From contig NC_068983.1 of the NCBI RefSeq assembly GCF_001194135.2, forward strand, positions 93,702,021 to 93,766,020: a DNA stretch of 64,000 bases. Direction: 5' to 3'. Positions 34,831 through 48,999 of the stretch are shown here, one piece after another. The notes under the pieces were generated by a model. That model had not been told where the DNA came from, ran no database searches, and saw only the letters and a program-made list of their open reading frames with translations. The translations under genes were made by a program, and so were the position numbers. Numbering within the stretch: position 1 is the first letter of the stretch; each line of letters opens with the position of its first letter. This DNA is from Octopus bimaculoides (lineage: Eukaryota).

Positions 34831-37773
34831 CACATAGTCATTCTTGCAAACCTTGTATTAGTTTCCCTGCTAGACTTCACTTGACTGATGTTAAAGCCTT
34901 AAAAGGTTAAAAAGATATTGCAAGTGAGAGATGTCAAATGTCTCAGCCAGTTATGAAATGAATTAGATTAATTGATTTTAGTAAATTTACAAGTGTTTCA
35001 ATAGATTTACATTTAATTTTCTTTTTAGCAAGATTCAGTCTGCAAAATTTCCTAATTGCATATAAACAGATGTTTTATTCAGCAATAATTACATAGATTA
35101 CGGTAGAGAAAATTATCAAACCTACACAACCAAATCATAAATGTTGATGCTTTCACAGTGTAGATGACCTCAAACTGAAGCTGAACTTAGTGAAAATTGT
35201 GATATTTTAATTTTCAGAGTCACATACTCTCAATGCAAGCTTTAATTTTGAAATTACATTAAATTATATCGTTTTTATACAAGTCACCACTCTCCACCTC
35301 CACACCATTGTCATCCTCCTCTTCATTGTCATCATCATCATGTTCACTTTTCTTGTAAGCATGAGGTGGAAGTGTCTTTTTTTCATCTTTTTTTTCATCA
35401 TGATCATCATCATTATTTTACATTTGCTTTCCTTGCAAGCATGAGTTGGAAATGTTTTTTGTTTTTTTTGTTTTTATTTGAACAAGTTTTTAAAGATGCA
35501 TTAGCATTGGAAGCATCACTAGAGATACTTTATTATTTGGAATATATAAAATAATTGTTAAACTCTGTAACAACTAATCAATTTTGTGAAGCCATTGAAG
35601 CTATTGGATCACAACTAATGCTGTGGATTTCATTTGTATACATAATTATTCTTAAAATGTTCTATGTTGAAGCCATTTAAATTCAATTTGATAAGGGCTA
35701 CTGCCAAAAATAATTTGTGCTATTAGAATTTCAGATTAAAATATGTAAAAAAAAATTATATTTATGAAAAATAATAATAATGATGATGATGATAACGATG
35801 ACAACGAGGAGGAGGAGGGGGAGCATTATTTCAAATTTTAGTTCAAGGCTAACAGTTTCCAGTGACGGAAAGCTGATATCATTGTCCCCACTGCTCAACC
35901 GGTATTTATTTTATTGAGCCTGAAAGGATGAAAGACAAAGTTGACCTCAGCAGAATTTGAACTCAAAACATAAAGCCAGACAAAATGCTGCTAAGCATTT
36001 TGCCTGATGTGCTAACAATTCTGCAAGCTCACAGCCTTATTGTAATAATATGAAATTCTTATTCAAAAAAGAAACTTATCAAATGAAACTTCAACTATAT
36101 TTTCAAATTTGTTATAAATGTCTTTTATCAAGGGAAGATTTTTAGTGTTTAAACACCTATTAATTTCTTTTTCTCTTCTTTGCTCTCTGTTTTCTATATT
36201 TAAGCCTGTCCTAGAATTATTCAGTATTTGTTATATGGATTTCTATAAGCTGTAAAATAATCAGTGTAGTCTTGAAATTGCATAATTCTCCAAGTATACC
36301 ATTGTCTATGGCAAAGAAGACTTACATCAGTAAATCAATAAATTGGGAATATTTACTCAAATTGTTATAGAAACATAAATTTTATTTTTCCTTCCATATT
36401 TCTATAAACACATTATATTACCTAACTAGATCACAACATCAAGATAGCAATATGAGAAAATACAAAGACAAGAAAATAGAACAGAGTATATCTATAATGG
36501 GAAATAACAGTTAGTTTACATCATTTTCAGTAAAATATACTAAATCTGACCAAATCTGGCCTCTTTCTTTTTTTTAGGTTCTTCCTAAATTCCATAATAG
36601 AAGGCTACAACAAAGCCATTCTTGAATTGTTTATATTCACTACAAGGTATTTGATAAATGTCAGAAGAATAGTCATAGTGTATGAATAGCCATGTCAACT
36701 TAAGATTTATCATAGAATATGTTGTTAATTTTGCTTCACTGCTATTGTTCTCATAAACAAAATTTTTTCCCATTTACTTATAATTCTCCCCATTAAGCAA
36801 AAATTTTTATAATTCATAAATTTATGTTTAAGATCTTTCCCAGGTCAGCAAAACAAGCACATATATTCTGTAATGGAAAAACTACAAAACAAAGGAAGTG
36901 TATTATATTAGACAAAACAGTTTTTTTTTATATATTAAATTTCCCAAGATTTAAACATTTAATATCATTGCCTACATTTCTGTTGATAAGGAGATTGAAA
37001 TACCAGACATTTGAGAAAGTAAAAAAAATCATCATCTAAATTTATTGTTGAATTAATAATTTTTTTTTTCTTATTTTCCTTAGTTTGTCAAAATGTTAAT
37101 TCTCTTTCTCAGGAGTAAAATATTTTTCTGAGTTTTCTCTTAGAGTAGAATTTAAAGTAAAATGTAATGTTATATTTTGTTTAATTTGGTTCCATTTTCT
37201 AAGATTTAATTTCATCATATCACTGAGAAATCACTCTCAGTAAATATCATTTCGGTTATAATAGTTCAGTGAGTTTTCTCAAAACTTTTCACTCTGATTG
37301 GCAATTTTCAAGCTGCAATATGTTAAAATTGTTCTTCATTATAGTGATGTATTTTTTTTAAAGCTACTGATAATTGTTTGCTCTCCAAACCATACAGAAA
37401 GTTTTTATGACTACCATCTTACATGAATAATACATTATTATACTGTTTTTTTGCTGCTGGCTTGAAATAAAGAATTTTATGTGTTTTCTTAAACAAAAGA
37501 AATTAAATAAAATATATATTTTTATTACAGCTGCATAAAATATGGAATTTTTACATTATTTTTATTAAATTATGTGTATTCTTTGAAAACATATTGTGTA
37601 TGTGTTAATGTGTATATGTACATGTGTATGAGCATAAGTTTATTGAATTTTATGTGATATTTGAATGTAAGATTCTATATATTGCAATATTTGTGCCTTT
37701 GAATATTTTGTTCAATGTATCTTATTTCCTTTCAACTGGTGAGATTTTAACTGCTATTTCTGCTTCTATTCAG

Positions 37774-38130
37774 CAGACAAAGAACCTTCTGACAGCCCTA
37801 TGTATGCAGCTTTTGCTATGCTAACAACTCCAAAGAGTACACCAACATTACAACGACGTACTCCAATAGAAGAATTACCTACAGAGGGGACTTCAACTGA
37901 AGCCAGTGGTAGCGGTGATACAAAAGCAAGCAAAGCCAAGTCTCTTTCTGTTGCAAGTCAACCTCCTCACCAAGAAAGGAAGAAAGTCAAGACTAATCAG
38001 CATCGTTCTTTAAGTGACCAATGTTTTATTGCTCTGTTTTGGGCATTTGTCCTCGTACGACTTTGGATGCATGCATGGATTCTTCTACTTATACCTATTC
38101 CAGTGCTGTTTATGATTTTCAAAAAACTCT
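37774..38130 (+). CDS. TMEM245: TMEM245 internal coding exon (phase 1 to phase 1)
   Basis: Acceptor TTCTATTCAG|, donor |GTAAGT. DKEPSDSPMYAAF..LSDQCFIALFWAFVLVRLWMHAWILLLIPIPVLFMIFKKL aligns to vertebrate TMEM245 [40 protein letters not shown] (recalled). Confidence 0.88.
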
Positions 38131-39090
38131 GTAAGTATAATTCATAGCTATGATTGTAATCCTTATGCTAAAGTGATATAGAGAATTTGTCCACAGTAAA
38201 AAATAAATATATTCTAAAACAAGTATAGAGCAGAATTTTTGAAATATTATGTATTTCAAATGTAGTTGTATAATCAAGAAGTTTACTTCCCAACCACAAG
38301 GTTTTAGGTTCAGTTCTATTGCATGATACCTTGAGCAAGTGTCTTCAACTATAGCCTTGAGCCAATCAAATTAAGTTAAATAGAACTTGAAAAGTGCCCA
38401 TTACCTTTCAGACCCTCACAGACTAGTGAGGTTGCTATGACTGATGTCCAGTGTGAACATCTTCAAAGCAATATCTGCATGAAATAAAACATAGGCAACT
38501 CAGAAGCTAGGTGAGAGTCTTCTCCAAAATCTTACAACAAAGTGAATTCAGTCAATGATGTCAAACCAGTTAGTGTGTAAGCCTCTCACCAAACTACATG
38601 AATCTGTTGGTGCTGTTAAAGTGGGCAGCACATTAAGCATACCACCATCAAAAGAATGGGAAGGTTTTGAAATGTAAACTTCAAAACAGCAGATTGTACA
38701 AAGTGACTTTGTTAAAAAAGGGTTTTGTAGCAAAAGTATTGAGCACAGCTGTACTGAGGTGCGTATGTATTAGGAATGCTTCATGTATGTTAGGTAAAAA
38801 CAACATTATTAGTTCCCAATTAACTAGCATCATCATTAGCATCATTTTCTCCTCTCTTTTTTTTTTGCTGGCATGAGTTGGATGAGTCATCATGGACTGA
38901 ATCAGCCCTCATTTGGTATTGCTACCCTCTTAGATGCATCAGGGATACTGTTCCACTCTTACATTTAATTTTTTATATAATTTCTGTTGGATGCCATTCC
39001 TATCACTGACAATATTAGATAAAAAAAAAAAAATGAAAAATCAAAGATTTTACTAAGGTGAAAGCATATAATGCACAACATTTAACAATT

Positions 39091-40170
39091 AACATTTTGA
39101 AATTTTGTTAGAATATGTATAACTAACATGAATGCTTAAATGAGCAGTTTACAATGTATCATTCACTTTTAAAAATATTTTTAATTTTGTGTATTCACAC
39201 ACACACACACACAGACACACACACATATTTACAACCATATTACCTCTTGAATGCACAGTCACATAATATCCCATAATCTTATATAAATTTTTAAATTTCA
39301 ATTTTAATTCTCTACTACCTCCCACAGAAATAATGATTTCATATATTTATAATCTTTATAACCATACTTACTTTTACAGACAATTTTTATAACATAAAAT
39401 TTTGACAAAATTAAGGAAAAAATATCAAAATATATTCTAGGATAAATGCATATCATATATAAATTTAGCATTTAACATTTTGAAATTTCACTGTAACTTA
39501 TATAATTGGTATAAAACTCAAACGAGCAATTTACAACCTATTCTTCAGTTTTCTTAAATATTTAAAATTTTGCATATCTACTCATACAGACACACACATA
39601 TGCACATATAATTTACAATCATGTATCCTTATGAATGCATAATCACGTATCTTATAATCTTAAATCTCTTATTTAAATGTTAAATTTTTAATTTTGACTC
39701 TCTATCCACAGACATAATGATTTCATAAATTTATAATCCTTTAACTTATCTCTACAGATAATTTTTATCATATATAATCTTGACTATGTTACAAAAAAAT
39801 GACATTTAATGAATAAACTAAGCAACCACATACCACATGTAATGTATGACATTTTGAAATTTTACTGGAATGTGTGAAACCAACATGCACATGTGAAAGT
39901 GTAATTTACAAATCAATCATCTCTCCCAAAGCTCTACTTATCAAGATTCATTCAAACACATGCAATTTGCACATAGACAGATCTACACTTACAACCACAT
40001 AACCACATGAGCACAGTCACATAATTACATATTTTAATTTTCATTCATTATCTATCTCTTAATTTATTTACCTCCCACAGATAATCTCTACAATGTATCT
40101 GACATACATAAGAGTCCATTGGTATAAAAGCAAATCACCTGCGATATTCATCACTTAGAAATTCCACTGA
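39091..40170. repeat. Old diverged tandem array, about three units of 370-385 bp
   Basis: ACATTTTGAAATTT at about 39092, 39475 and 39849; CCACAGA at about 39322, 39706 and 40075; a CA-rich patch in each unit. Confidence 0.8.
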
Positions 40171-40830
40171 AATATGCATGATTTACAGTGAATGTAAACA
40201 CTTTACCGCACACTTTGCAGTCTATCAATCACCCTCAGTTTAATCCTGAAGGTCAACTAGCAGATAAGTGTGTAGTTGTCTTACCTTCACCATTGTCCTG
40301 ACCATTACTAGAAAAAGTATGACTTCTCTCTCTCCCCTTTCTTTTTATTTTCTTCTCTTTCCCTTTCCAGCAATAATCTATTGTTCCTATTCAGTGGGTT
40401 TTGACACACTTGCCTATGTATTCTGAAAATAGAACACCTAAATTGCACTACCTACCTTAATGATCAGGCACATGGGCTCTTGTTAAATTTCTTCTTAAGA
40501 TAAACTGGTGAAAATATTTCAACTTTTCACCAGGTTATCTTTAAAAAAAAGTAGTTTTGCATGCAGGTGATGAAAATTGCATAAATTTTTTTCAGGAAAT
40601 TCTCTATAAAAAGATTCTCCTTATTGATTCTTTCTTGTGTGGAGATTCTGTCTTTACATTGATAGAAAGGGAATATAAGGAATTTAGGGTTTTTGTTTCC
40701 AACCACTTCTTAACACACAAACCCCTCGGTGACCAAATTTCTCTAAGAACAGACATAAACTTCCTGTTGACAAAGAATCCAGAACTCCAACTAAAGAATA
40801 TAAAACCCACAGAGTTATCTTCCCTTACAC

Positions 40831-40900
40831 ACACTTCCTGTTTTGACACCACACTTCTTGTTTTGACACCACACTTCCTGTTTTGACACCACACTTCCTG
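40831..40900. repeat. 20-bp minisatellite, 3.5 copies (ACACTTCCTGTTTTGACACC)
   Basis: Units at 40831, 40851 (one C>T), 40871 and a partial unit at 40891. Confidence 0.95.
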
Positions 40901-42028
40901 CTTAACACATAAACTTTCAACACCCTTTATTTTTTAAACAAAACACGACTCTCAATTTCAGGCATCTTAATTTTTCCAACTATTATCTACATGGATTACC
41001 ATTGAACTTTAAAAGCTCAAAGACAATATAATGTATTGGTATATTTATTTTTTTATATATTGTTTTAAACTTTTTTGTAAAAATCATTTTCATTCTCCCT
41101 CTTCTTGAAAATTTGCCAAGCAATGAAAGCCGGTTAGAAATCCTTTTTACACATCTATATTNNNNNNNNNNNNNNNNNNNNNNNNNNNNNNNNNNNNNNN
41201 NNNNNNNNNNNNNNNNNNNNNNNNNNNNNNNNNNNNNNNNNNNNNNNNNNNNNNNNNNNNNNNNNNNNNNNNNNNNNNNNNNNNNNNNNNNNNNNNNNNN
41301 NNNNNNNNNNNNNNNNNNNNNNNNNNNNNNNNNNNNNNNNNNNNNNNNNNNNNNNNNNNNNNNNNNNNNNNNNNNNNNNNNNNNNNNNNNNNTATATATA
41401 TATATATATCAAAGTCATATGATTTGAATAGTCAATGGTAAATGGATATGAAGGCAGGAAATAATTAATGAGCCTACTTTGATGTACTAAGTATTGAACC
41501 TTCAGTTGTGTAGTGTTATTTCTTTTGTTATAAATATGTTACTTTTTGAAGCACTTATTGTTATAACTATATTCTGAGCTTTTATGAAATGTTTCTCTCA
41601 TAACAAGTACTTGAGGTAAAGTGAGAATATATAAGACTTGTGCTGAAATAGTTAATTAGATCTTAGAATTATTGTACTTCACTGTTTAGATTATTGTAAG
41701 ATGATTCTGTATTGTAATCCCATTGAGTAAAGCAACATTGAAGTAATGGAATTTAATGCAACAACAACAATACCTGTTGTTAAAAGTATTTAAAAGAAAA
41801 TCTTTAGAGCTGAATAAAAAATAAAATAAAATAAAACTGTGAATCAACCCTTTCTAAAACAATATTTGATTTCATGACATGTGGCCAAGTGAAATACAGG
41901 TGTAATGGTATTGAATAATGATGTGGATATCTGATTGATTTAAGTGGTTTTATTGTGTTTGGAATGCACCCAAGTACTTGATATTTATAAATGTTTCTCA
42001 TTTTTGTTTTCTTTTCCTATTCTTTTAG

Positions 42029-42159
42029 TGAAACGATTCAACTGCAAATTTGGGTGTATTAGGGAGTGTTGTAATAATTGGTTCCAAGCCAGAAGAGATG
42101 TGTTGTTTCCTGCTCCAGTCAGAGGTGTAATGAAATTATTATCAAATGCTGACAGAAAA
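42029..42159 (+). CDS. TMEM245: TMEM245 internal coding exon (phase 1 to phase 0)
   Basis: TTCTTTTAG| .. |GTGAGT; (L)KRFNCKFGCIRECCNNWFQARRDVLFPAPVRGVMKLLSNADRK resembles [27 protein letters not shown]; phase-compatible with the upstream exon. Confidence 0.88.
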
Positions 42160-42189
42160 GTGAGTATAATAGTTTCCATGTAACCTGTA

Positions 42190-42409
42190 TTAACCCTTTT
42201 GCATTTCAACTGCCCATATCTGACCAAAACATTCTACTTGTTATATTCAACCCAGTTTGATCCAGCTTCTTACACCTACCTTGTCACTGTAAAATAAGCA
42301 GTCACATCATTGAAATCTCAAAGCTATGAGATAACGCCTGATTAATTCAAAACAAAGTAATTAAATAAGCATTACATTTGACAGAGTAATCTGAATGCTA
42401 AAGGGTTAA
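42190..42409 (+). mobile_element. TTAA-flanked MITE, copy 2
   Basis: TTAACCCTTTTGCATT .. GAATGCTAAAGGGTTAA. Confidence 0.8.
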
Positions 42410-42767
42410 GGGTTTGCAAGTTCAATATTGCTTGGCCTGTCACTTTTCTTTCCCCTTCTTATATCTTCTCTTCACATCAGGTTCCCTACTGAAACACTAT
42501 CTAAATTGAGCCTATTAAACATTCTGGAAAGTAGGAATGATTGAAGTTTACTATTGTCTAAAGACCATCATAATGCTTACTTAGATAAAATAATTGAAAC
42601 CTCAGAACCTTTCCCCTGATTGCTATCAATTTGTCCAAGAGTTTCCATTAAGAAAATGACATCTATCACATTTACATTAGAAATAATCAAAGCAATTTTA
42701 GCTGTATTTCTGAAGCATTAATATATGAGTGTGTGTACTATGTGTACACACATATGCATGCATGCAT

Positions 42768-42809
<42 letters not shown>

Positions 42810-43182
42810 TTAGTATATATGCATTGTATGCAAGCATGTATGCATGCATGAATTTACTCACATTTGTTAATTGCAATTAATCTATGTTCAAGAACGCATT
42901 ACATTACAAATATAATTAAATTTTGGTCAACAAATGCTGTGATTTGTTAATGATATAATGAAAGTATCCTGTTAGTTTTGTTCCATAAGTCTGCTGCAGC
43001 CCCCTATTTCAACCATCTTCAATTATTTGAATTCATCTTATTACTCTACCCTTTAGTCTTCCTTTATATCAATCTTTTCTCTTTTCTTCCTTCCTTTAAA
43101 GTTGTTGTTACATATCAATATATCTACCTCTATATGTATTCATGTACGCACTCATACTTCTCTGCAGCACACAAACACTCAC

Positions 43183-43186
<4 letters not shown>

Positions 43187-43268
<82 letters not shown>
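43187..43268. repeat. (AC)n microsatellite, about 40 units
   Basis: Direct reading. Confidence 0.98.
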
Positions 43269-43270
<2 letters not shown>

Positions 43271-44319
43271 ATATGCATAACTGAAGAGGAATAAAAACTG
43301 TTTATTGATTTAGTAATTGGTTTTGAATGAGATGAGTGCAGCCTATTGATAAGTGGTGTCCAACATAGTTCATGCTGATTCACAGTTTAAAGGAAATGTT
43401 TTGGTTTTGTCTGTTTCCTATGCCTACTATGTAAGGAGAACAGAGGGAAGTCTTACTGAAAATACAACTTTTGTTGTCCTTGCCAGGGAAAGTATGTTTG
43501 TGGAGCATATCTGGTTAATGTACAACATAGTAGTTGTTATTGTTGTTGTATAGCACTAATCTATCAACCCTGATCTAGCAGATGATGATGTGTTAGTCAT
43601 AGTGATAGACAACAGATACTGACTTGACATTTTATTCTATGAGTGCAGGTATAGTTGAGTGGTTAAGAACATTGTTTTGCAACCAAATGGTTCCAGGTTT
43701 GATCTTATCATGCAGCAACAAGGGCAAGTGTCTTCTAATATGCCCTTGTGTCAATCAAATCTTGTGACTGCTATTTGACTGAGAGAGACTGTGTATCAGC
43801 AGCAGCAGTGGCGGTGACAGTGACATCATCATTTAATGTCCACTTACCTGTGCTTGCATGGGTTAAATGGAATTTGACAAGATAGATTTTCTATGGTCAA
43901 ATGCCATTACTGTTGCCAACCATCAGCTGTTTCCAAGAAAGGTAATATTCTCCCTGAGCTGGACATGTTTTTCATGTAAGACTGGAAATGAACAACCTTT
44001 CTTGTATAATGATGATGATGATGATGATGATGATGCTCATTCATAACCATCACATGATGTCATGGCAAAGGTACACACACAAACACAAACACACACATGC
44101 ACACGCATGCACACTGAGTCACACACACATACACACACATGCATGACACACATGCATTTCAGGTCCTATCTACCAAACCCATTCACAAGGCATTTTTGAC
44201 TTGGTGTTAGAGTAGAAGGCACTTACCCAAGGTGCTGTGCAGTAGGACTAAACCCAACACCACATGTTTAGGAAGCAAGCTTCTTAACCACACAGCCATG
44301 CTTCATCATCATCATCATC

Positions 44320-44590
44320 ATCATCATTGTCATTGTTTAATATCCACTTTCCATACTGGCATGGGTTGAACAGTTTGACATGGAGCTGGCTAACAGGGGC
44401 TGTCCAGACTCCAACTGTTTATCGTGACAGGATTTCTACAGCTGGATGCCCTTCCTAATGCCACCCACTTAAGAGAGTGTGCTGGGTGCTTTTTACATGC
44501 CATCAGCAGAGGTGCATTTATGCCACACCAGCATGAGTTCATTAATGCAGTACCAGCACAAGTGCTTTTAAAGTGGCACCAGTACCTGGA
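44320..44590 (-). mobile_element. RTE-tailed repeat fragment
   Basis: Minus TAAAAGCACCCAGCACACTCT..GGCATTAGGAAGGGCATCCAGCTGTAGAAA..CAACCCATGCCAGTATGGAAAGTGGATATTAAAC(AAT/GAT)n. Confidence 0.75.
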
Positions 44591-47500
44591 AGGAAATCTT
44601 GTATGCATGGAAGGCAGCAATTTTACTTATCTTGATGTATATAGCCTTCACTGATATACATCAGTGAAAAATAGAAATCATTGGTGAGAAAACTGGTGCT
44701 TTATGAATGAAGTCCTATGTGGTATTTCTTCTACAAAGAGAGATACTTTGTTGTTACTCTCACCATTAGAAATGCTGTGAACCAGTGATTGACTCAAAAA
44801 AAGCTTTTTACTAAAAACACTATGTTTCATAAATTTCAATATAAATTAAATAAGTAAACAACATTATACTGAAGCAACTTGAAATTTTAGTTTGAGTCAG
44901 TTTCATCTTGCTTTTCTTCAGCCTCAGGTCAACCTTGATTCAGTGGTTTCTAATCAACTACGATTATCTTATCTCTTTAGTAGGTGGATTGCAACCAGAC
45001 CATATATGACTCAGTATGTTTCTTTTTTTAAGGCAGAAGTGCATGATTTGAAGCAGATTTAGCTGTAATTTCTAGCAAGTCAAGTGACTGATTAAAAGCT
45101 CTTTTGTTTTCTTGTTAATGTTCTGTTAATGTTAAGTGTAACAAGTTGTAGAGCTATCTTATTTATTTAGGTTTTCCCTCTGTGACTTGGTGGTTGGAGC
45201 ACCAGGCTTACATACCTGAGGTTGTGAGTTCAATTCTCAAACTAGGCTGTGCATTGTGTTCAAGACACTTTATTTCACATTACTTCAGTTCACTCAGCTT
45301 TAGAAATTATTTGCAGCATCACTGATGCCAAGCTATATCAGTGGCATGGAGAGGGGACACTGGTATGCATGGATGACTGCTGGTCTTCCACGAAACAACC
45401 ATGCCCAGATTTTATGTCTAGGTGCAATCCCATGGTCATTCATGACTGAAGGGGGTCTTTAAAACCTCTGAGCAATATAGAAATGCATTAAAAATTTAGC
45501 CATTTAAAATGTTTCTGTCTTTTGCTCAAAACATAATTGGTAGTTAAACATTGAAGTTTATTCTTTTAATCTTTTACTTGTTTCAGTCATTAGACTGCGG
45601 CCATGCCGGGGCACCACCTTGATGAATTTTAGCCAAATAAATTGACCACAGCACTTATTTTTATTTTTTAAGCCTGGTACTTATTCTACCAGTCACTTTT
45701 GCCCAACTGCTAAGTTACAAGGATGTAAACACACCAACACTGATTATCAAACAGTGATGGTGGACAAATACAGACACAAACACTCTCTCTCTCTCTCTAT
45801 CACACACACACACACACAGTGGCTTCTTTCAGTTTCTGTCTACCAAATCCACAGCCCAAGACTATAGAAGACACTTACCCAAGATACTACACAGTGGGAC
45901 TGAACTCAGAACTATGTTGTTGGGAAGCAAACTTCTTACCACACATCTGCATTTGCAGAAATACTGAACATATCAGATTTATGTTATGCAATTTAAAGTG
46001 ACTGGAATAGGAGAGATGGGGTATAGTTCAAAAGGTAGACTATGGCATACTAATCTGAGGCTAAAACTATTGGTTCAAATAAGGAGTTAGTAAACAGTCA
46101 TTTATTATGTCATTAAAAAAAAATCTCTCACATCAAAGGAGATGGATGGCAAGGGTGAATAAATAAAAGAGAATGAAGCCAGTATGAGCTTGTGGAAGTT
46201 TTGAGGAAGCTAGTAGCAGAAATATTATGGATTGGCTTGGGAAAAAAAGTCATAATGATGCATTTAAGACTGCACTAAACTGCTAAGGAAATATTGAAAG
46301 AAATTTTTAATAACTAAAATGAAAAAGTAGAAAATGAAGCCAGCTTCATTCTGAGTAGTCATTATTGATTTTTATTTTCTGGAACTAATCACAGACAATT
46401 TATAAAGTAGAATAAATGTTACAACTTTAACTTCTAATAGAATATTTTATTAATCTCATTGAAGTGTCAAGGGCTAGCCTATTGAATAAAGGGGGGAAAT
46501 ATTAACATTTTCAAGGAAGGCGTTTTTATACACTATCTTCAAGAAAACAGCTGTTTTTGTTGTTTGTTTCTAATATAAGCACCAAATGATGTGGAAGGAA
46601 AATCTAGCTTTATGTCAAAATAGTGTGAATGATATTAGAGATGTTTCATGTGAGAACAGTAATACTTCCTTGAAAAGATTTCTGTTTCTTCATTCATTAC
46701 ATCTGTCAATTTATTACAAATTATTTAATTTATAGATTTAAAAGTATTTCTTTTGATATTTCAGGGTAATGAAAGATATCTGAAAGTTGTAAAATTATCT
46801 TAATAACTGTAATTGTCTTCTATGGTCATATTAACATTTCAAAATAATACATGTCTGATATTGTAAGTCTGCCACAATGCTATTAGTTCATTAAGGATCT
46901 CATTAGGGATAACTTCAAATGAAATATTGCAATTTAATGTGTCTACTGATTAAATATTTAATAGAAATTGGCTTGAAGACTTGTTTTAGTACATTTAATG
47001 AATTTTATTCCTTAGAGATCAAATAATTTGAGATAATAATCATAAAATGTATTGGTGTCAGACTAGAAACTCAAGCTTTGAACTTTGAAATATAGTTAGG
47101 TATGTCCACAGTAGTAACACTTGAAAAAACACCATCAGCCCTCAGAAAGCATGGATAAGATATTGCTGCAGCAAAGCATCTGCTGCCATGAGTGTGTTAA
47201 AAGAGAGATGTTAGTTACCAAAACAAATTCTCTACTCACAACTGGCTAGCAGTGTGAGAAGTGAAGGTAAACCCCATCTGAGATATTAGAATATGGTTAA
47301 ATGGAATTGAGTAGATTGAATGATGACAGTAACAGCTGAACCACTGCAGCATGGAATGGAAACTACTGGAAGACAGCAATCTACTTCTGGTAATATGATT
47401 TACCACTTTGCATATGAGCTGTCATCCTATTGACAGACAGCCAATTACACACAAACAATAAATAAACAAAACCAATAAGAGAGCCTTTTATGTGTTACTG

Positions 47501-48026
47501 AATCTGAGAAAATTGCAGTCAATTCCCCATACAGTTATGTCCTGTTGTCTTAAAGAAGGAAGGATACAATGAATAATAGTTGCAGCTAAAATACCTTTGG
47601 TCATAGGTTAGCATATGTCCTGCTGTCTTAAAAAAGGAAGGATACATGAAATAATGGTTACAACTGGAGTACCTTTAGTCATAGGTTAGCATGCTTCAGG
47701 ACTGAGCTGGACTAAACAATGACAGCAAATAAATAATTTAGTAGAAATTAATATGACATATGAACACGTTTTTGTGCTGTTTTCATGTTGTTAGTACTTC
47801 ATTGGATCTTATACACTAACATTTAAAGACCTGCTTCCTGTTAAAACAGCAACTAATATTTATTCTGCAGAATGATTTCAGCTTTGATACACTTGAGGCA
47901 GTAAACTACAGTATTTATTGGTAATTTTCTTTAAATTTCAGTTTTTTAAAAATACAATCAGTGTATTTATTGATTTCATATATCTAAATTATCATCTGCA
48001 TTGCATTTTTTCTCTTCTTTTTCTAG

Positions 48027-48131
48027 TTGATCTCCATTCTTGAACAATCCTTGGATAGTGCCACTAGTGTTTTGTTCATTTTTATCCTGCTATTCGGAAC
48101 AGCCTTGTTTACTGTATTCTTTGTATTTCAA
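48027..48131 (+). CDS. TMEM245: TMEM245 internal coding exon (phase 0 to phase 0), transmembrane segment
   Basis: TTTTTCTAG| .. |GTAAGT; LISILEQSLDSATSVLFIFILLFGTALFTVFFVFQ resembles [35 protein letters not shown]. Confidence 0.88.
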
Positions 48132-48902
48132 GTAAGTTCTGATTACATTTTTCTTTCTTTTATTTAAAATTTTCTCTGTTCATTAATTCTATAATTCATT
48201 TACTTTCATCCTCTGAATTAGTGAAACTAATTCATGTAGTCTTAAAGAGAAATAAGTTGTAAATGATAATACTAAATGTATACCCTGCTCAGCAAATCTC
48301 TCTCTTTCTTTTTTATTCCCCTTTAGAATATGAACTGTAAAACTTCAGCTAATGTGTTCGCAAATTATTAAACCAAGCAGCGAAAACTACTTTTAAAAAA
48401 AGATTGATAATTTTCACTGCACCTGTATTTTTATAGTAAAACATCTCATGCATTGATATTGACTTGATTCCAATCTGGGAATATATTATAGTTATTAGAT
48501 TAACCACAATACCTCTTTGTAAGTTTCCTCTATGTTCTTTGTATTTGATAACATGTCAATGAAACATTTAATGTGTGAGGAAATAGATGTAAATTTCATG
48601 TGACATCGAAACCTCTAAGTCTTGATTTGACATGCAATATTCCCCTCAGGGGACATTTAAAGGCAAGCATTCTTGAACTGTGGCTAAGAAATATTCCAGA
48701 TCTGAAAGTATCATAGATTGATTTTTATGATATAAAATGTCTGAAAGAATAGGGAAACTGATCAAACACTAGAATACAAGATCACTCACATGCATTCTCT
48801 ATTATCACTGCATGGAAATTTTATGGTGGCTTTGAAGATTTTTTAACAATTTATTATTTATTTATTTATTTATTTATGCATTTATGTATGTGTATGTATG
48901 TA

Positions 48903-48999
<97 letters not shown>

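Noticed and set aside
40831-40900. CRISPR-like repeat
   Set aside because: Contiguous units with no spacers, in eukaryotic DNA with no cas genes.
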